Origin: Octopus sinensis
Taxonomy: Eukaryota
DNA: 64,000 bases
NCBI RefSeq assembly: GCF_006345805.1
Contig: NC_043004.1
Coordinates: 73,036,001 to 73,100,000 of the forward strand
Reading direction: 5' to 3'
A model generated the notes under the pieces. The model was not told the DNA's origin, searched no databases, and saw nothing but the letters and a program-made list of their open reading frames with translations. The position numbers and the translations under genes were made by a program. Of the stretch, positions 63,521 to 64,000 are shown in pieces. Within the stretch, counting starts at the first letter, position 1, and every line of letters starts with the position of its first letter.

Positions 63521-64000
63521 TGTAATGTATAAAATGTTTTATTGGAGATTAATGTACAGGTTTAAGTCCCGCTTATAAAAAACCCTAGTAAAGACACACA
63601 GTAGTTTAAATATTTAATACTGGTATTTAATTAAGTATCTATTGTTTGCCACGGTAACGATGCAAACTGCCAATACAAACAGCAAGATGAACTATTTAGC
63701 GCTAAACTATTAAGCACAATTCGTGCGTAATTAAGCCAGCAGCACCTAGTCGAACAAACACTTCCGCGCATGCGTAATACAATAATGGGGATGTACTTAA
63801 CTGTTATATGGGAATGTAAATATGTTTGCAAATTGGTTTTGTTACATGTTATTCTGCGTTCTAAATACTTTTATTTTAATAAATGTTGCTTACTGCGAAT
63901 TATGGATGATTCTTTTATGACTTCATTGCTTTCAGGCTTAGCTTAAGGTATTTTCGTGCCCGAATTCACAAAATGCGTCTGAATAAACATTGCCGATCAG

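Overview
Eukaryotic, AT-rich, repeat-saturated window. I recognise no host protein-coding exon, rRNA, true tRNA gene or CRISPR array, so it is probably intergenic or intronic. The mix of Dong/R4, Tx1, RTE and CR1-group non-LTR retrotransposons, three tRNA-derived SINE types and very dense microsatellites suggests an octopus (coleoid cephalopod) genome; this is inference only. Main contents: a near full-length Dong/R4 element (2388-6460, -) in a (TAA)n-anchored nest of elements (about 1.4-10.4 kb); a Tx1-like ORF2 remnant and a separate ORF1-only element; three co-oriented CR1-group LINEs (26.5-33.2 kb); a young RTE (34096-37273, -) inserted into a SINE; about 20 SINE copies or fragments; and mariner, hAT, Tc2/pogo and Helitron-like relics. 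Most interesting observations: two LINE-SINE 3'-tail partnerships, one with a conserved stem-loop; a minimal hammerhead-ribozyme fold with a G3-C8 covariant core (43301-43351, -); a non-coding TAA-targeting element present twice; modular SINE tail swapping; a 50-bp inverted duplication at the RTE 5' junction; and a twin-priming-like inverted old RTE. All alignments were done by eye, and the boundaries of decayed elements are approximate.
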